This document shows, piece by piece, positions 36,025 through 39,459 of a stretch of DNA of 39,459 nt (positions within the stretch are counted from its first letter, which is position 1; each line of letters opens with the position of its first letter). The position numbers were made by a program, and so were the translations under genes. The notes beneath the pieces are model-generated. The model ran no database searches, was not told the origin of the DNA, and saw only the letters and a list, made by a program, of their open reading frames with translations. Location: positions 1 through 39,459 of the forward strand of contig JBEEMX010000001.1 of the NCBI GenBank assembly GCA_041192465.1, read 5' to 3'. This stretch comes from Pseudomonadota bacterium (GTDB lineage Bacteria; Pseudomonadota; Gammaproteobacteria; Burkholderiales; Burkholderiaceae_C).

Positions 36025-36831
36025 TCAGCGGCCCAGCAACTGCTTGACAACCTGCACCAGAAACTTCGTGTTGGTCACCAGATAGCGCCTGCCCAGCCGC
36101 CGAGGCTCGGACCAGAAGCGGTGCAGCCACTCCAGGCCGTGCTGCTGCATCCACAGCGGTGCCCGCTGCAGGGTACCTGCGTGGTAGTCGAACGCCGCGC
36201 CAACACCCACCATCACGGCGTGGACATGCCCGCGGTGGGCCGCCATCCAGCGTTCCTGTTTCGGGCACCCCAGACTGACCCAGACCGTGCCAGCGCCCGA
36301 AGCGTTGATGCGCTGCACGATCTCGGCGTCCTCCTCGGGTGTCAGCGCACGGAACGGCGGCGAGTAGCAGCCAGCAATCTGCAGCGTCGGAAATGCCCTG
36401 TGCAGACGCTTCTGGAGCGTTTCCAGCGTTTCCGGCGTATTGCCGTACAGGAAGATGCGCTCACCCCGCTGCGCCGCCTGCGCGCAGTAGCGGAACATCA
36501 GATCGGGTCCGTTGATGCGCATCTGGTCCCGGTAGCCGAGGCGCCGCATCATCCAGGCCACCGGCGCCCCGTCTGGCGTGGCCATGTCAGCCTGCTGGAT
36601 CACGTCGTGAAAATCCGGATCCTGCTGCGCGGTGATCACCGAGTGAACATTGCAGATGCAGACGTAGCGGCTCTCTCGCCGCTGTGCCCAGCGGGTGATC
36701 ACGGCGCAGGTTTCATCCCAGGAAATGGCATCAATGGGCGCACCTGCCACGCTGACCAGCGTACGACCTTCAGCCGAAGTCAGCAGATTCGTGGAAGGTG
36801 TTGCGCTGGAGAGATCGGGCCGATGGAGCAT
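36025..36831 (-). CDS. WecB/TagA/CpsF-family (GT26) glycosyltransferase
   Basis: CNVHS, PDGAPV, RINGPDL, LGCPKQERW, GVGAAFD, RAPLWMQQHGLEWLHR..EPRRLGRRY. Confidence 0.92.
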   Translation of the reverse strand: MLHRPDLSSATPSTNLLTSAEGRTLVSVAGAPIDAISWDETCAVITRWAQRRESRYVCICNVHSVITAQQDPDFHDVIQQADMATPDGAPVAWMMRRLGYRDQMRINGPDLMFRYCAQAAQRGERIFLYGNTPETLETLQKRLHRAFPTLQIAGCYSPPFRALTPEEDAEIVQRINASGAGTVWVSLGCPKQERWMAAHRGHVHAVMVGVGAAFDYHAGTLQRAPLWMQQHGLEWLHRFWSEPRRLGRRYLVTNTKFLVQVVKQLLGR

Positions 36832-36942
36832 GGTCTGGGAAAAGTGCGGGCTTGAATGGTAAGCGGGGCCGTCGGCACAAACCCCGGCAACCTGAGCACG
36901 CTAGCGTGCGGCGCACGATATGTACGCGCACGATTTCACGCA

Positions 36943-36959
36943 TGGCCACCGCGTTGCAT
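36943..36959 (+). promoter_or_regulatory. Candidate sigma54 (-24/-12) promoter upstream of the lipoprotein subtilase
   Basis: TGGCCACCGCGTTGCAT: GG-N10-GC with TTGCA at -12, 110 bp before ATG 37069. Confidence 0.5.
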
Positions 36960-37068
36960 CGGAAGAAAAAAGCGGGGATTCACTTTCTTTTGCAGGGACC
37001 GATGACTGTGTGGGTATCCGGCTTGGTCCATCCAGGACCGCAAGGCTACTCCACGGGATAACTCGACA

Positions 37069-38739
37069 ATGCCACGAACCCGCACAACGCTGTGCCGACA
37101 GGCCATGATGGCCGCTCTGGCCGTACTGCTCGTGTCCTGCGGCGGCGGGGACGATGGCGAGACACCCGATGCCGCTGAACGCCGGACGCTGGCCGTCTTG
37201 CACCCCGGCTCCGCACCCGATAGCGCGCATTTCATCGTCACGCTCAACGCAGCGGTCGTTGCGGAAAACGAACACGCGAACGCCCGAACACTTGGTGCCG
37301 GCTCGCCACAGACGCTGGCGGAGCGCACCGTGCAGTCCGTCACGGCCCGGTTGGTGGGCGCCTCCACCGGCGCACGCGCGCACCACGTCTACGCCCACGC
37401 GCTCCAGGGATTTGCTGCCACGGTCCCCGCGGCGGAGGTTGCCGACTTCCTCCAGCGCATGCAGAACGACCCGGCCGTTGTCCGGATCGAACATGACAGA
37501 GTCGTTACCACGGCCGCTACCGCCACTGCGGCAGCCACCGCACCCACGGTACTCCCCCTCGTCATGAACGCCGAGACCTGGGGCCTGGACCGCATCGATC
37601 AACTGAGATTGCCGCTCGACAACCTCTTCCGCAACAACCTGGACGGCAGCGGCGTGCAGGTCTACATCGTCGATACCGGCATCAGCACGCACGATGAGTT
37701 CGGCAGCCGACTCGATCGCGGGGGCTACGACGCCATCCGGGACGGACGCGGCACCTCCGACTGCAACGGACACGGCACCCATGTCGCCGGCACGGCCGGC
37801 GGCATGCGGTCAGGCGTTGCACCAGGTGTCACCCTCGTCCCGGTGCGGGTACTGGACTGCGACGGCAACGGCAGTCTGAGCGGCGTCATCCAGGGCCTGG
37901 ACTGGATCATGGCGCATGGCCGACGACCCGCAGTCGTCAACCTCAGCCTGAACGCCGGAAGCGGCAGCACCACCGTGCTCGACGAGGCTGTTGCACGCCT
38001 GACAGACGCCGGCTTCACCGTGGCAGTGGCCGCCGGCAACAGCAATACCGATGCCTGCAGCCAATCTCCAGCCCGCACGCCGAGTGCCTTGACGGTCGCC
38101 TCCAGCACGTCCGACGACACGCGCTCCGGCTTCTCGAACTACGGACGCTGCGTTGATCTCTTCGCACCCGGTAGTGCCATCAGCTCGGCCGACTTCAGCA
38201 ACCCGCATGGCTGGACCGTCAGAAGCGGCACCTCGATGGCGTCGCCACATGTGGCCGGAGCGGCAGCACTGCTGCTGCAAGAGCGACCGAAACTCACCCC
38301 CGCCCAGGTGGCCAGCCAGATGCTCGACCAGGCCAGCAAGGCAGTGATCACGGATGCCAAGGACACCCCCAACAAGCTCCTGTTCGTCGGCACGGGCAGG
38401 CGGCTGTATTTCCCGACCCCCTGGATCCTGCATGTCGCACAACTCACCCCGCTGGGCAGAACCGTGACCCAAAGCCTCTGGAGTGCGGGAGTCACTGCCA
38501 CGGTCCACAACGAGGACGGATTGCCCCAAAGGGGCGTGAAGGTCACTGGCCAATTCTCGAACCAGGCCACGCTCGTGACCTGCATGACCACGGCCATGGG
38601 CACCTGCGTGCTGCGCAGCGTCAACCTGCCGCTCAGCACGGCCGGACTGACCTTCGCCGTGACCCAGCTCAGCGGGATGGCGATGACCTACCAGTCGGCC
38701 AACAATCTGCGCAGCAACACCCTTGTCATGCGGCCTTAA
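37069..38739 (+). CDS. Lipoprotein S8 serine protease (aqualysin/proteinase K-like) with I9 propeptide and C-terminal Ig-like domain
   Basis: Lipobox LLVSCGGG; propeptide HVYAHALQGFAA; WGLDRIDQ; triad YIVDTG / DCNGHGTHVAG / SGTSMASPHVAG; AAGN; TPNKLL. Confidence 0.92.
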   Translation: MPRTRTTLCRQAMMAALAVLLVSCGGGDDGETPDAAERRTLAVLHPGSAPDSAHFIVTLNAAVVAENEHANARTLGAGSPQTLAERTVQSVTARLVGASTGARAHHVYAHALQGFAATVPAAEVADFLQRMQNDPAVVRIEHDRVVTTAATATAAATAPTVLPLVMNAETWGLDRIDQLRLPLDNLFRNNLDGSGVQVYIVDTGISTHDEFGSRLDRGGYDAIRDGRGTSDCNGHGTHVAGTAGGMRSGVAPGVTLVPVRVLDCDGNGSLSGVIQGLDWIMAHGRRPAVVNLSLNAGSGSTTVLDEAVARLTDAGFTVAVAAGNSNTDACSQSPARTPSALTVASSTSDDTRSGFSNYGRCVDLFAPGSAISSADFSNPHGWTVRSGTSMASPHVAGAAALLLQERPKLTPAQVASQMLDQASKAVITDAKDTPNKLLFVGTGRRLYFPTPWILHVAQLTPLGRTVTQSLWSAGVTATVHNEDGLPQRGVKVTGQFSNQATLVTCMTTAMGTCVLRSVNLPLSTAGLTFAVTQLSGMAMTYQSANNLRSNTLVMRP

Positions 38740-38996
38740 GTGTCAGGTTGCAGCATCGCCCGGCGGGCTGTGACCGCCGCCTGCACCAGCGCGCTCAGCC
38801 CCGCACCAGCCGCTGGTCCGTCCAGGTAGGCGTAGAGCTGGCGCCGCATCCGCGGCTCCCAGAATTTGCGCAGGTGGTTGGCGACCCCGTCCACCGCCTC
38901 GTCCCGGTCGGGGAAGGCGTCGAAGAACTCCCCGATGCGGTTGGCCAGACGCACGAGGGTCTGCTCGGGATCGTGGTGGTGGGCGTGCTCGCTCAC
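38736..38996 (-). CDS. fdsD: Formate dehydrogenase delta subunit
   Basis: LVRLANRIGEFF...GVANHLRKFWEPRMRRQL; GTGA coupling to fdsA. Confidence 0.9.
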   Translation of the reverse strand: MSEHAHHHDPEQTLVRLANRIGEFFDAFPDRDEAVDGVANHLRKFWEPRMRRQLYAYLDGPAAGAGLSALVQAAVTARRAMLQPDT

Positions 38997-39459
38997 CGTG
39001 CGGACTCCAGCAGGACTTGCTGTTCCAGGCTGAACGCGACGAAGTCACGCTGCCACTCGCTCATCGGACTCACCTGCGTCACCTTGCTGACCTGCACCGC
39101 CGTCACCTTGTACTCGGGGCAATTGGTCGCCCAGTCGGAGGAGTCGGTGGTGATGACGTTGGCGCCGGACTCGGGGAAGTGGAACGTGGTGTAGACCACC
39201 CCCGGCTGCACCCGCTCGGTCACGTCCGCCCGCAGCACCGTCTCGCCGGCCCGGCTGCCGATGCCCACCCAGTCGCCGTCCTTCACGCCGCGCTCTTCAG
39301 CGTCGTGCGGATGGATCTCCAGCCGGTCCTCCTCGTGCCAGCGGCTGTTCTCGGTGCGGCGGGTCTGGGCGCCGACGTTGTACTGGCTCAGCACGCGGCC
39401 GGTGGTCAGGATCAGCGGGAAGCGGCGCGTCACCTTCTCGTCGCTCGCCACGTACTGCG
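38993..39459 (-). CDS. fdsA: Molybdenum formate dehydrogenase alpha subunit, C-terminal molybdopterin-dinucleotide-binding domain (partial)
   Basis: FPLILTTGRVLSQYNVGAQTRRT, EIHPHDAEERG, PGVVYTTFH, SDWATNCPEYKVTAVQV; the frame stays open to the window end. Confidence 0.92.
   Translation of the reverse strand, partial: QYVASDEKVTRRFPLILTTGRVLSQYNVGAQTRRTENSRWHEEDRLEIHPHDAEERGVKDGDWVGIGSRAGETVLRADVTERVQPGVVYTTFHFPESGANVITTDSSDWATNCPEYKVTAVQVSKVTQVSPMSEWQRDFVAFSLEQQVLLESAR

Noticed and set aside
36860-36960. Possible c-di-GMP-I riboswitch on the minus strand
   Set aside because: Only a loose 3' resemblance (GGTTGCCGGGG...GCCGA); the GGCAAA/GAAA/GACGCAAA core is absent.
20280-39459. Integrative element or prophage at tRNA-Ser
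   Set aside because: No integrase, transposase or phage gene, and no duplicated tRNA 3' end seen by eye.
1-39459. CRISPR array, rRNA or IS element
   Set aside because: No regularly spaced repeats, rRNA-like sequence or transposase ORF seen.

Overview
GC-rich betaproteobacterial (Burkholderiales-like) chromosomal window. Left to right: the 5' part of an MmeI-like (type IIL) DNA methyltransferase gene that runs off the window and lacks its N-terminal nuclease domain; an RND efflux pair; a recC-recB-recD operon with a short, degenerate WYL-domain regulator directly upstream, preceded by a palindromic candidate operator; a GlyGly-CTERM-type subtilase; a CNNM/CorC protein; apaH; and tRNA-Ser(TGA). 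Next comes a ~16 kb exosortase B-associated (Methylobacillus eps-type) exopolysaccharide locus: epsD-E-F, an AT-rich polymerase-like insert, epsG, xrtB, epsI, flippase, ExoQ-like polymerase, GT2, GT4, and a convergent module of two WecB/TagA-family GTs, a DegT aminotransferase and an SDR without its catalytic YxxxK. A lipoprotein subtilase and the 3' end of a formate dehydrogenase operon (fdsA-fdsD) close the window. Best leads: WYL + operator + recCBD, a tandem MshEN-like c-di-GMP motif on a probably kinase-impaired EpsG, and the AT-rich gene between epsF and epsG. All family calls come from motif recognition by eye; no database search was run.
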